NCBI GenBank assembly: GCA_965153355.1
Contig: OZ231126.1
Span: 27,404,001 to 27,468,000, forward strand
Direction of reading: 5' to 3'
DNA length: 64,000 bases
Origin: Flaccisagitta enflata
Lineage: Eukaryota
The notes beneath the pieces are model-generated. The model saw nothing but the letters and a program-made list of their open reading frames with translations. It was not told the DNA's origin and made no database searches. A program made the translations under genes and the position numbers. The stretch's first letter is position 1, and each line of letters begins with the position of its first letter. Positions 1 through 11,759 of this stretch are shown here, in pieces.

Positions 1-48
1 CGTTCGGATAGATCTCTTTCCACTGAGCGGGAGGAAGATCGGAAGAAA
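1..48 (+). CDS. PTBP1: PTB homologue, first exon in view (5' truncated): RSDRSLSTEREEDRKK
   Basis: Open frame ending at AAA|GTAAGT donor, phase 0; joins the next exon to give DRKKRAR, an NLS-like basic patch before RRM1 as in PTB. Confidence 0.7.
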
Positions 49-300
49 GTAAGTGCTGCGGCTGATTTGCCAAAAATGTACTGACTGCCATATGTCAAGT
101 ATATGTCGTAGTTAGTATATTGTGGCTTCCTGTTTCACCTTCTTTCGCGTCTCATTTCGATACTTCCATTTTCCATCTCACCCTCATTCTTTCGTGTGTT
201 TTTTTCACGTTTTTCACTTTATCCATCTTTCCTATGTTCCTTTACATCTTGTATCCCAATTTCCGCTCATGGAATCTTCTTGTTTGCTACCTGTGGAAAG

Positions 301-447
301 AGGGCGCGCGTGCCGCCTAAAGCACCCGCTTCACGCGTTGTTCACATTCGGAACATATCATCGGGAGTCGACGAAACGGACGTTATCCAACTTGGGCTGC
401 CTTTTGGGAGGGTATCAAACATTTTAATGCTCAAACAAAAGAATCAG
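301..447 (+). CDS. PTBP1: PTB homologue exon, RRM1 first half
   Basis: [41 protein letters not shown] resembles PTB RRM1; AAG acceptor at 298-300, CAG|GTGAGA donor. Confidence 0.93.
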
Positions 448-645
448 GTGAGAAAATAAGTTTGAGTGGACGAAACGTTTGAGTTGGCGTTAGAGCATGG
501 ATATCTTTGAACCTGGCTGTCAATTGATCAATCTCGTCGTTTAAATTGCATTTCCAGGTATGCGGATCCCTCTCTCGCAGGCCAGTCATCTCACATTTAA
601 ACTCTTTCCCTATTTTCCCATCAATTTTCTCCTGCTTCATTTTAG

Positions 646-747
646 GCGTTTCTTGAATTCGAACGAGAATCATCCGCAAAGACGATGGTCGAATACTTCG
701 AGAACTCGTCCCAACCAATGATTTGCGGGCGAACCGTGTTCGTGCAG
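646..747 (+). CDS. PTBP1: PTB homologue exon, RRM1 second half
   Basis: AFLEFERESSAKTMVEYFENSSQPMICGRTVFVQ; TTTTAG acceptor, CAG|GTAAAC donor, phase 0/0. Confidence 0.93.
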
Positions 748-889
748 GTAAACCCTGGTAAGGGGGGCCGGCCCCGCGGTACAGCCCTCAACCCTGGGAA
801 AAAGTCGGGGGAAAGGGAGGAAAAAGGAAGAAAAAGGAAAGATAGAAAGAAAAAAAGAGAGAAAGAAAGAAAGAGAAAAAGAAAGTGAG

Positions 890-1010
890 AACAAGGCCAA
901 GTAGGCCAATAAGGTGCGACGTGTAGATCGTCGAATGAATGCGTTAACGACCGACCAACAGACCAACCGACGGACACAGCCAGTTATAGAGGTGCTTTGT
1001 CGCACCTAAA
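890..1010 (-). mobile_element. HINE/DINE-1-like short element, family B
   Basis: Inverted near-copy of 51509-51625; AGGTGCGAC subterminal inverted repeat, GTCY-type microsatellite, 3' GGCC hairpin, CTTGTT end. Confidence 0.75.
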
Positions 1011-3513
1011 AAGAACAAAGGACAAATAACAGACAAAACGACAGACAAAACGACAGACAAAAAGACACAGACAAAAGACCGAAAAAAAGACACAGAAAAA
1101 AAGACACAGAAAAAAGACGGACAGAAAAAAGACAGACAGAAAAAAGACAGACAGAAAAAAGACAGACAGAAAAAAAGGCAGACAGAAAAAAAGACAGACA
1201 GAAAAAAAGACAGACAGACAGAAAAAAGACAGACAAAAAAAAGACAGACAGAAAAAAGACAGACAGAAAAAAGACAGACAGAAAAAAGACAGACAGAAAA
1301 AAGACAGACAGAAAAAAGACAGACAGAAAAAAGACAGACAGAAAAAAAGACAGACAGAAAAAAAGAGACAGAAAAAAAGACAGACAGAAAAAAAACAGAC
1401 AGACAGAAAAAAGACAGACAGAAAAAAGACAGACAGAAAAAAGACAGACAGAAAAAAGACAGACAGAAAAAAGACAGACAGAAAAAAGACAGACAGAAAA
1501 AAAGACAGACAGAAAAAAAGACAGACAGAAAAAAAGACAGACAGAAAAAAAGACAGACAGAAAAAAAGACAGACAGAAAAAAAGACAGACAGAAAAAAAG
1601 ACAGACAGAAAAAAAGACAGACAGAAAAAAAGACAGACAGAAAAAAAGACAGACAGAAAAAAAGACAGACAGAAAAAAAGACAGACAGAAAAAAAGACAG
1701 ACAGAAAAAAACAGACAGAAAAAGACAGACAGAAAAAGACAGACAGAAAAAGACAGACAGAAAAAGACAGACAGAAAAAAGACAGACAGAAAAAGACAGA
1801 CAGAAAAAGACAGACAGAAAAAGACAGACAGAAAAAAGACAGACAGAAAAAAGACAGACAGAAAAAAGACAGACAGAAAAAAGACAGACAGAAAAAAAGA
1901 CAGACAGAAAAAAAGACAGACAGAAAAAAAGACAGACAGAAAAAAAGACAGACAGAAAAAACAGACAGAAAAAGACAGACAGAAAAAGACAGACAGAAAA
2001 AAGACAGACAGAAAGACAGACAGAAAAAAAAAGACAGACAGAAAAAAAAGACAGACAGAAAAAGACAGACAGAAAAAGACAGACAGAAAAAGACAGACAG
2101 AAAAAAGACAGACAGAAAAAAAGACAGACAGAAAAAGACAGACAGAAAAAAAGACAGACAGAAAAAGACAGACAGAAAAAGACAGACAGAAAAAGACAGA
2201 CAGAAAAAGACAGACAGAAAAAGACAGACAGAAAAAGACAGACAGAAAAAGACAGACAGAAAAAGACAGACAGAAAAAAGACAGACAGAAAAAAACACAG
2301 ACAGAAAAAAAGACAGACAGAAAAAAAGACAGACAGAAAAAAAGACAGACAGAAAAAAAGACAGACAGAAAAAAAGACAGACAGAAAAAAAGACAGACAG
2401 AAAAAAAGACAGACAGAAAAAAAGACAGACAGAAAAAAGACAGACAGAAAAAAAGACAGACAGAAAAAAAGACAGACAGAAAAAAAGACAGACAGAAAAA
2501 AAGACAGACAGAAAAAAAGACAGACAGAAAAAAAGACAGACAGAAAAAAAGACAGACAGAAAAAAAGACAGACAGAAAAAAAGACAGACAGAAAAAAAGA
2601 CAGACAGAAAAAAAGACACTGACAGACAGAAAAAAAGACACTGACAGACAGAAAAAAAGACACTGACAGACAAAAAAAAAGACACTGACAGACAAAAAAA
2701 AAGACACTGACAGACAAAAAAAAAGACACTGACAGACAAAAAAAAAGACACTGACAGACAAAAAAAAAGACACTGACAGACAAAAAAAAAGACACTGACA
2801 GACAAAAAAAAAGACACTGACAGACAAAAAAGAGACACTGACAGACAAAAAAGAGACACTGACAGACAAAAAAGAGACACTGACAGACAAAAAAGAGACA
2901 CTGACGGACGAAAAGACGCTGACAGACGGACGAAAAGACGCTGACAGACGGACGAAAAGACGCTGACAGACGGACGAAAAGACGCTGACAGACGGACGAA
3001 AAGACGCTGACAGACGGACGAAAAGACGCTGACAGACGGACGAAAAGACGCTGACAGACGGACGAAAAGACGCTGACAGACGGACGAAAAGACGCTGAGA
3101 GACGGACGAAAAGACGCTGACAGACGGACAAAAAGACGCTGAGAGACGGACGAAAAGACGCTGACTGACAGATGAAAAGACAAACCGAAATAGAGACTGA
3201 CAGATGAAAAGACAAACCGAAATAGAGACTGACAGATGAAAAGACAAACCGAAATAGAGACTGACAGATGAAAAGACAAACCAAAATAGAGACTGACAGA
3301 TGAAAAGACAAACCGAAATAGAGACTGACAGATGAAAAGACAAACCGAAATAGAGACTGACAGATGAAAAGACAAACCGAAATAGAGACTGACAGACAAA
3401 AAGACAAACCGAAATAGAGACTGACAGACAAAAAGACAAACCGAAACAGAGATGGACAGAAAAAAAGACAGACGGAAAAAAGGAAGAAAAAAAAGGGAAA
3501 AAAGACAGACGGA

Positions 3514-3593
<80 letters not shown>

Positions 3594-3595
3594 GA
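1011..3595. repeat. Compound purine-rich micro/minisatellite: GACAGACAG(A)5-8, then ~20-, 23- and 31-bp units, then (GAAA)n
   Basis: Periodicity read directly. Confidence 0.97.
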
Positions 3596-4013
3596 AAAAT
3601 TTTTTAGGTGTATCTTGTCACACCATCCTGATATCTTCAAATCCTAGGTTCTCACTCTTACATATTGGCTCAAGCAGAATTCCAATTATAACAGAATGTT
3701 TTTAGTCCCTTGAAATTGTTGGAGTGGGACTTAGCTGTAAGTTTCTAAGCTTAGAAAATTTAATACTTTTCTAGTTTTGCTCGACAAGTTATGAGAGGAG
3801 GGAGTGGTAAGGGGGGGGTCAGCAAGGGGGGAAAGTAGCTACAGGGGGGCTAGGGGGCCCCGCGCTAGCTAAGTCCGGCTCAGTGTTGCGCCTCTACCAC
3901 TGCTGCATGCTGGTACTGGTAATAGTATGGGGAAGTTAACCCCGTACCATATCTTGGTCCTCTCACAGTAACTTCCGCAATTAGATGTTCTTACACGTTC
4001 TTCTTTGCTTCAG

Positions 4014-4131
4014 TTTTCTCAACATCGTGAGCTCAAGACTGACGCTTCTCATTCGAACGCCAACGCCAAGACACAGGCGGCGCTAAAAGCGGCAAATACG
4101 CTTCTGGATAACAGAAAGGCCAATAGAACCG
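4014..4131 (+). CDS. PTBP1: PTB homologue exon, end of RRM1 and RRM1-2 linker
   Basis: FSQHRELKTDASHSNANAKTQAALKAAN resembles PTB FSNHKELKTD...AQAALQAVN; TTCAG acceptor, G|GTAAGG donor, phase 0/1. Confidence 0.92.
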
Positions 4132-4419
4132 GTAAGGACCAATTTGTCAGTATTTTCGGATCGAGTTCGTTATAGTATACTCCTACAAATTGTCAAGGGT
4201 GGCAACAGGGGTGGCCTAGGCCACCCCTGTCGCCACCCCTGTTGCCGCCCTGGCCACCCCTAGTGCTGCCTTGGCCACCCCTCCTAAAAACTTGGCCACC
4301 CCATCTCTGAGGCCACCCCCCACCCCTAAAGCCACCCCTACCCTTAAAGCCACCCCAGCCACCCTTACCGTTATAGCCATCCTTAAAGCCACCCCCACCT
4401 TTAAAGCCACCTCTATTTG

Positions 4420-5100
4420 CAAAAAATACTTTACCATGGACCCAATATACTTTACCATCGGCAAATTGAACCATACCGTCAGCAAAGTACTTAACCATCA
4501 GCAAAGTATACTTTGACATCGATGAACTACCACCATCAGCAAAATGTACTTTACCATTGGCAAAGTGTACTTTACCGTCGGCAAAGTGTATTTTACCATC
4601 GGCAAAGTGTACTTTACTGTGGGCAAAGTGTACTCTACCGTTGGCAAAATATTATTGTCAGCAAAGTGTACTTTACTATCGGCAAAGTGTATTTTACCAT
4701 CAGCAAAGTGTACTTTATGATCAGCAAAGTGTACTTTACCATCAGCAAAGTACTTTACCATAGGCAAAGTTTACTTTACCTTTGGCAAAATACTACCATC
4801 AGCAAAGTGTACTTTACCATCAGCAAAGTACTTTACCATCAGCAAAGTACTTTACCATCGGCAAAGTGTACTTTACCATCGGTAAAATACTACCGTCAGC
4901 AAAGTGTACTTTACCATCAGCAAAATACTACCGTCAGCAAAGTGTACTTTACCATCAGCAAAGTATATCTTACTGTCAGCAAAGTGTACTTTACCATCGG
5001 CAAAGTGTACTTTACCATCAGTAAAGTACATTACCATCGACAAAGTATACTTTATAGTTGGCAAAACATACTTTACCGAAATAGACTTTGCCTATAGCAA
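4420..5100. repeat. 19-21-bp semi-palindromic minisatellite GCAAAGTGTACTTTACCATC
   Basis: Tandem periodicity. Confidence 0.93.
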
Positions 5101-5538
5101 AGTCGATTTGGCCTTAAACAACCTAATCCCTAAACCTAAACTCAACCCAGTCCCTAAACCTAAACTCAAACCAATCCGTAAACCTAAACTCAATCTAGTC
5201 CCTAAACCTAAACTCAACCCAGTCCCTAACTTTAAACTCAACCCAGTGTCTAACCCTTAACTCAACCAAGTCCCTAACCTTAAACTCAACCTAGTCCCTA
5301 ACCCTAAACTCAAACCAGTCCTTGGCCCTATACTCAACCCAGTCCCTAACTCTAAACTCAACGCAGTCCCTAACCATAAACTCAACCCAATCCTAAATTC
5401 AACCCATTCACTTACCTAAACGGGTTAGGGTTAACCCAAACCCTAACCCTAACCTCTCCACTCCAACCCTAACCCTCAACCCTAACCCTAACCCGCAACA
5501 TATACCTCAAAAGTGAAGTCAAACCCTAACCCTAACCC

Positions 5539-5635
5539 TAAGCAGCTTCGATATGTTTCGACTTTGTTTCGAATCGGTTTTTGAGCAGTATTTTCGAGTT
5601 GGGTCAAAATGGTCACTTTTTCGAGGAGAGGACGA

Positions 5636-5721
<86 letters not shown>

Positions 5722-5955
5722 GCATTTGAAGAGGAAGAGGATAAGGAAGAGAAAAAAGATGGGGAAATCGATTGGCACCATTGTGTACCATTGATAATGG
5801 CATCATTGCCGCTCATTGTCTCATTTTGTGTCGACTTTTTGTTTCGATCAGGTGAAATAAGGCATCGCCATTTCGTCCACCGGATGGACGAAAAAAAAAA
5901 GATCATATCGATCGAAATTGACCGCCCCTTCAGAAACCCTTTTCGAAGCTGCTTA
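5539..5955. mobile_element. hAT-like MITE with internal (GA)n
   Basis: 13-bp perfect TIR TAAGCAGCTTCGA; flanked by CCTAACCC on both sides; absent from the sister unit near 7081. Confidence 0.75.
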
Positions 5956-6400
5956 CCTAACCCTAACCCTAACCCGCAACATAAACCTCCAAAGTGAAGT
6001 TAAACCCTAACCCTAACCCTAACCCGCAACATATACCTCAAAACAGAAGTCTAACCCTAACCCTAGCCCATATACCTCCAAAGTGAAGTCAAATAAGGTT
6101 AGGGTTAGGGTTTGGAGGTTAGGGTTAGGGTTTGGAGGTTAGGGTTAATGTTTCAGTAAGTGAGCGACATGCACCCGCTCATGAGCGTCGCGGGTTAAGG
6201 TTAGGGTTAGGGTTAGCGTTATAAGAAAGTATAGCACTTTTACGCCTGAGGTTAAAACCTAATCTTGAACCCAAAACTCAAACCAGTCCCAAACCTCAAC
6301 CCAGTCCCAAACCCTAAACTCAACCCAATCCCTAACCTTAAACTGAACCCAATCCCATTCACTTACCTAAACGGGTTAGGGTTAACCCAAACCCTAACCC

Positions 6401-7005
6401 TGTAGAGATCAAAGGGTTCTACCCTTTTCCTCCATCATTTTACTCTATTATTACTTCCATCCTCAAAGAGGATTATTGCTGGCAATTGGAAAGTGCCAAA
6501 CTGAATAGACCCCTGATTCAGCGTTTTAGTTCTAGCGCCTTCTTTCACATACACTCCGTAACATGTTTTACTATTTATGGCGTTACATGATTAGGACATC
6601 CGTCCACGAGGCGGATTATTGCTGGCAGTTTGCCAGGTAGGATTGAAGACCCCTTTTTTGGTTTTACTCCAGCCAATGAGAGCGCCTCATTGCTGGGCAT
6701 CCAGCCAATTAGATGTAACCATGTAGGCTGATGCAACAATGTTCTAGAACATTCTAAAACCGGATTGAAGGCGCCTTTTCCTTAATTATTTTAGCCAATC
6801 AGCAGCCACCTTCTTTAACCTCAATCCTTTATAAGCAGGAAGCTTACCTTCCTCTTTAGTCTTGTTCTTCTTGGTTGATTGAGTAGTGGCTGACCTCAAC
6901 TTCGTGTGAATAGATGCAAGCTGATAAAAAAGAATTGTATGTCTCCTAAGGCGCTTTATCCCTTAGAGCAGACCTGTCTCTGTAGTGATAACCTTGTTAT
7001 CCACA
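6401..7005 (+). mobile_element. Solo LTR, 605 bp (Gypsy-type 4-bp TSD)
   Basis: TGT...ACA termini; ACCC duplicated; empty site visible in the sister unit at 5421-5460; three AGCCAAT boxes and TATAAG near 6830. Confidence 0.8.
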
Positions 7006-7296
7006 ACCCTAACCTCTCCACTCCAACCCTAACCCTCAACCCTAACCCTAACCCGCAACATATACCTCAAAAGTGAAGTCAAACCCTAACCCTAACCCTA
7101 ACCCGCAACATAAACCTCCAAAGTGAAGTTTAACCCTAACCCTAACCCTAACCCGCAACATATACCTCAAAACAGAAGTCAAACCCTAACCCTAACCCTA
7201 ACCCTAACCCATATACCTCCAAAGTGAAGTCAAATAAGGTTAGGGTTAGGGTTTGGAGGTTAGGGTTAGGGTTTGGAGGTTAGGGTTAATGTTTCA

Positions 7297-8594
7297 GGTA
7301 AATCTCAGCGGCAGACTCACAGACCAAATTTGTATGAATCACGCAGATTTTTCATTGCAAAAATGAAAAACTAGCGTAAGAAAACTCCCCTTGATGTTTC
7401 TCTAGTCTAAAGTCGACATGACGGAATGAATTCAGCGAAAAAAAAGCACCAATAGTGGTTTTGGTTCAAGATTTAGGACTCATTGCCATCATGTGCCACT
7501 CTTTATTTTCATGTAACAGGGTGTAACATTTTCCACTTCCGTAAATATCTCCGTCAAACTACCACTTTCCAGTCATTTTCTTTATTGATTTTCTATATTG
7601 GGAGCTTACTTGAGTAAAAGACAAAAAAAAATGGTAGTTTTATTCATGACGCTCTTCTATGTGCCCCTGAATGAGAATGTACAGAAAGTTACGTTTTTTT
7701 CACGAATTTTTAACCATGTAATATTTAAAACCGATACGACGACAACTGCTTTTAAAAAATTATCTAAAATATAGCCCGTATGCCCCCTAAGTACCATATT
7801 AATAATAACCGGTAAAAAGAAAAGCCAATGCATTGACGATTTTAGTTCTGAGAGCAAAAGTTGAATTTCGGACAATTGGTATTTGTCAACAATTTAATTG
7901 TCCCATTTGTGTCCGGCTTCAGCAAGTAACCTCTACTTCGAAAAATGTGGTTGAATTATTCTTTTTTTGTTCTTCCTCTTTTGTCTTGAAGATACACAAA
8001 TGGAATGGATGAAAAATATCCATGTATTTAATCATTCACCTCTCTCACAAAGAGAAAACTGAATTTCGGACAATTGGTATTTGTCAACATTTTGGGAAGA
8101 AAAGGCCTTACACATCAATTTTCACGGGAGGAAAACCAAATCAACTATGATTGTCTCATTGAATTGCTCTTGAAGTCATTTACACGATAGCATTCGTTAA
8201 CCTTGCAGAGAGTAACTGAAGGTCTACGTGAATTGCCTTGTGACAATAGTCACTGTTCACCCAGCTCCCCCGGGACTTGGAAAAAAAACTCGATTTTTGG
8301 TCAAAATTATCATAATTTTGAGAACCTGATATTTATATGTTTCAAACGATTCTGAATCGAATGAGACTTAACTTTTTTATACCAAAAATTTTTTCCACTT
8401 CCCCCGGCCATCAGCCCCTAGAGGCCCCTAGGGGCCCCTGGGGGCCCCTGGGGGCGCCATTAAGGTTTGACAATTACCAGTTTTAATCCCCCAGACCAAT
8501 ATGTTTACGAATACGTCATAGGTAAATACAATAATCAAGTTCTGAAAATGCGTTTTTTCCGCCTCAAAATGTGAGTCTGCCGCTGAAAATACCC
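7297..8594. mobile_element. Kolobok-like non-autonomous DNA transposon
   Basis: TIR core TCAGCGGCAGACTCACA, GG..CC termini, 4-bp TSD TTCA (TTAA variant); empty site at about 6152 and 9048. Confidence 0.7.
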
Positions 8595-9723
8595 TTCAGT
8601 AAGTGAGCGACATGCACCCGCTTATGAGCGTCGCGGGTTAAGGTTAGGGTTAGGGTTAGCGTTATAAGAAAGTATAGCACTTTTACGCCTGAGGTTAAAA
8701 CCCATTCACTTACCTTAACAGGTTAGGGTTAACCCAAACCTTAACCCTAACCCTCAACCCTATCCCTAACCTTCAACCCTAACCCTAACCCGCAACATGT
8801 ACCTCCAAAGTGAAGTCAAACCCTAACCCTAACCCTAACCCTAACCCGCAACATATACCTCCAAAGTGAAGTTTAACCCTAACCCTAACCCTAACCCGCA
8901 ACATATACCTGAAAACAGAAGTCAAACCCTAACCCAAACCCTAACCCTAACCCTAACCCTAACCCATATACCTCCAAAGTGAAGTCAAATAAGGTTAGGG
9001 TTAGGGTTTGGAGGTTAGGGTTAGGGTTTGGAGGTTAGGGTTAATGTTTCAGTAAGTGAGCGACATGCACCCGCTCATGAGCGTCACAGGTTAGGGTTAG
9101 GGTTAGAGTTAGCGTTATATGAAAGTATACCACTATTTCGCTTTCGGTTCAAACCCTAACCCTAAACTCAACCCAATCCCTAACCCTAAACTCAACCCAA
9201 TCCTTAACCCTAAATTCAACCTAGTCCCTAATCCTTAACTCAACCCAATCCCAAACCCTAAACTCAACCTTGTCTTCAACCCTTAACTCAACACACTCCC
9301 TAACCCTTAACTCAACCCAATCTCTTAGGTTATATTCAACCAAGTCCTTAACCCTTTTATTGGATTTGCACTATCCTGAGTAATCTAGGCCACCCCCCAC
9401 CCCTATGGCCACCCCCCACCCCTATGGCCACCCCCCACCTCTATGGCCACCCCCCACCCCTATGGCCACCCCCCACTTTAGTGGAAGCCACCCCTACCTT
9501 GACGGAAGCTACCCCTACCTTGACGGAAGCCACCCCTACTTTGACCAAGGCCACCCCTATCATGGCTACCCCTACCATGGCCACCCCTCTATAGAGGGGT
9601 GGCACTGTTAATTTACATTAGGAGGATGCTATAACGAACTTTAGCCGTATTTTCTCATCGCGTAGTCGCATCGTGATTCAGGGTGGCTTGCTCGAAAGAG
9701 GACTAGTTCAGATTTACGTGAGC

Positions 9724-10015
9724 TTTCTGGGCAGCGGCCCCAAAGGGAAAATGAAAAAAATATGAAATTCCCATTGAATAATATGGCAAATTGATGAGAA
9801 ATTGAAAAAAATGCAATACTCCCATTGAATATTATGGAAAATTGCTCCAAAGGCCTAAAATATGCCCTCTCAGGACGTATGGAAATCCTCCCCTGTGTCC
9901 TACAGGACATCAGCCCTTTGGGGCCGCTGCCCTGCGCTCACTCCATTTCGTCAGCTACCACTCCCAGCAGGGCATCGGGTACCGCTGACCATGTGCAATC
10001 CTTGGATGACTTGTT
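9724..10015 (+). mobile_element. HINE-like element, family E
   Basis: 19-bp inverted repeat GGGCAGCGGCCCCAAAGGG / CCCTTTGGGGCCGCTGCCC; ends GACTTGTT; relative at 40917-41680. Confidence 0.65.
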
Positions 10016-10277
10016 CTCTCTATTTTACCGTCTTATTTCCCCTGATTCTGCTAATTTCCCTTCTCTCCCTCTCGCTCTCCGCTTCCATTCTCTCGTTCCA
10101 TTTCCTTCTCTTCTCTCCCTTTCCCCTTTCCGTCTCTCCCCCCTTCTATGCTCTTCCCCTGTCCCCTCTCTTCCCCTGTCCCCTCTCTTCCCCTGTCCCC
10201 TCTCTTCTCTCCCCCTCTTCATTCTCTTTCTTCTCCTTTCTCTCTTCCCTTCACTCTACCCTCTATTTTCTAATCAG

Positions 10278-10429
10278 AATATCGCGGGGATGATCGGCCG
10301 GGCCGCATTTTGCATTTGACGGTGGAGAATCTCGTTTATCCCGTGACACTGAACACGCTCATTCTGATCTTCAAGAAATATGGTCCACTGGAAAAAATCC
10401 TAACCTTCACGAGGAACAATCTATTTCAG
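10278..10429 (+). CDS. PTBP1: PTB homologue exon, RRM2 first half
   Basis: RILHLTVENLVYPVTLNTLILIFKKYGPLEKILTFTRNNLFQ; ATCAG acceptor, CAG|GTGAGA donor, phase 1/0. Confidence 0.93.
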
Positions 10430-10652
10430 GTGAGAAGTTAGTCAATGTTACGATTGGTTTGTGCGTTAGTTTACTTCGTAAAGAGTAAGTATTGGTATGT
10501 TGATCGGGTTACGCAAATATTTCATTCATTAGAACAAGCCATTTACATTGATTTGATTAAAAAAAATTAAACCATTTATAATTCTTTGATACTTGGAGCA
10601 TCGCTGGCGTAAACGACTTTATTCCTCTCCATTTTGCCAAATTCAATCATAG

Positions 10653-10798
10653 GCTTTGATTCAATACGAAAGATCTCGAGACTCGGAAGAAGCTCGTTAC
10701 GCGTTGCACGGCCAAAATATCTACAATGGTTGTTGCAATTTGCAAATTCACCGATCCAAGGTCGATTTCGTCGAAGTCCAATTTAACGACGATGTCGG
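10653..10798 (+). CDS. PTBP1: PTB homologue exon, RRM2 second half
   Basis: ALIQY...LHGQNIYNGCCNLQIHRSK contains the PTB hallmark GQNIYN.CC.L.I; phase 0/2. Confidence 0.93.
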
Positions 10799-11108
10799 GT
10801 AAAGACGAGTCGTGCGTAATCAAACTAATCATGTTTGTTGAATACCGGCTGAATCCGTCGAGCTATTCTTTTTCTTTCGGCCGTGTTAATGATTGTCCAT
10901 GTTCTATCGGCTGTCTAATCTAGCGTCTTTCTTTAAATGACCCCCGTTAAAACAAGGATGATCCCTTGTCTCGGAAAGGTGGGCTGGGGCTCCGACAGGG
11001 GCTTTTTATGTCAATTCTTTCCCGAGTGTGATGGATGAACGGACGGATCTGTTAAGTCTATTAAGTCTCATGAACGCGACTTAGATTTTTGCCCTTATTC
11101 TGTTTCAG

Positions 11109-11275
11109 ATGGGATTTCACCAAATCGAATTCGCCTTCTAGCGAGGATCGCCGATCATCTCTCTACACAAGTCGATCGGAAGAATTCGGCGACCGGTTAT
11201 CATCGGGTCAACGTAATGCGTCGAGATTTGAAGAAGATACGAGGCTGCGCGCCACGGCCGAACGTGATGGGCATG
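11109..11275 (+). CDS. PTBP1: PTB homologue exon, end of RRM2 and divergent RRM2-3 linker
   Basis: TTTCAG acceptor phase 2 gives WDFTK (PTB RDYTR position); G|GTAGGA phase-1 donor compatible with the RRM3 exon. Confidence 0.8.
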
Positions 11276-11418
11276 GTAGGAGTATGAAAATTTAATGAAG
11301 CGTATTTTTAGATGTCTCTACGCCGCGTGATGTTCAGTGAGTGTATGTCTCTTTTTCTAACCCATATCCCTTATGCTCCTCTGTCCTTCCCTCATCATTC
11401 TCGTTTTCCCCTTCAAAG

Positions 11419-11492
11419 TTCTTGAATATATCCCCGTAGAGAGTTCAGTTGACTTCAGCGGTCAAGGCGGTTTCAGTACAGATCACGCGCTG
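11419..11492 (+). CDS. PTBP1: Possible extra linker exon A (VLEYIPVESSVDFSGQGGFSTDHAL)
   Basis: Pyrimidine tract plus AAAG acceptor in phase 1, open frame; donor at 11493 (phase 0) or 11498 (phase 2), each matched by an acceptor of the next exon. Confidence 0.45.
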
Positions 11493-11617
11493 GTGCGGTG
11501 AATCAGATGAAAAAGAATTTTATGTTTGATCAATGATCACTTTTCCGTTTTAAGACTTGTTTTCTCCGACGGTTAATAAATAATCTTATTTCATCTGATT
11601 CCGCTAAACCCGCACAG

Positions 11618-11759
11618 TATAACAGAATGAAAAAGCCAGATCGTCCACTTTACGAACCGCCAAAGGGGAAATTCCATGAAAACCTGACCTCTGATTTTCA
11701 CAAGCCATCCTCCAACCAACTTCTTCGAGGCATTTTAAAGGGTGAAGGTTTATGGCTGC
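11618..11759 (+). CDS. PTBP1: Possible extra linker exon B (YNRMKKPDRPLYEPPKGKFHENLTSDFHKPSSNQLLRGILKGEGLWL)
   Basis: CTAAAC...CACAG acceptor (alternative AACAG at 11625); four phase-1 donors (11742, 11748, 11760 GTGAGT, 11778 GTATGG) all fit the RRM3 exon; exact end uncertain. Confidence 0.5.

Larger units (their letters stand above)
5120..9355. repeat. CCCTAA-derived arrays (24-mer) plus three copies of a longer unit, interrupted by insertions
   Basis: Marker AGTAAGTGAGCGACATGCACCCGC recurs near 6155, 8598 and 9051. Confidence 0.85.
4158..9646. mobile_element. Merlin-like non-autonomous DNA transposon, 5.5 kb, filled with arrays and nested insertions
   Basis: Imperfect 28-bp TIR GGATCGAGTTCGTTATAGTATACTCCTA / GGCTAAAGTTCGTTATAGCATCCTCCTA; GG..CC termini; 8-bp TSD GTATTTTC at 4150-4157 and 9647-9654. 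Confidence 0.8.

Noticed and set aside
944-3640. ORFs of 797-898 aa on the minus strand
   Set aside because: Translations of a simple repeat, open in all three frames
4193-4519. RGG-rich ORF resembling an RNA-binding protein
   Set aside because: Product of GGCCACCCC subterminal repeats of the Merlin-like element, also present at 9388-9600
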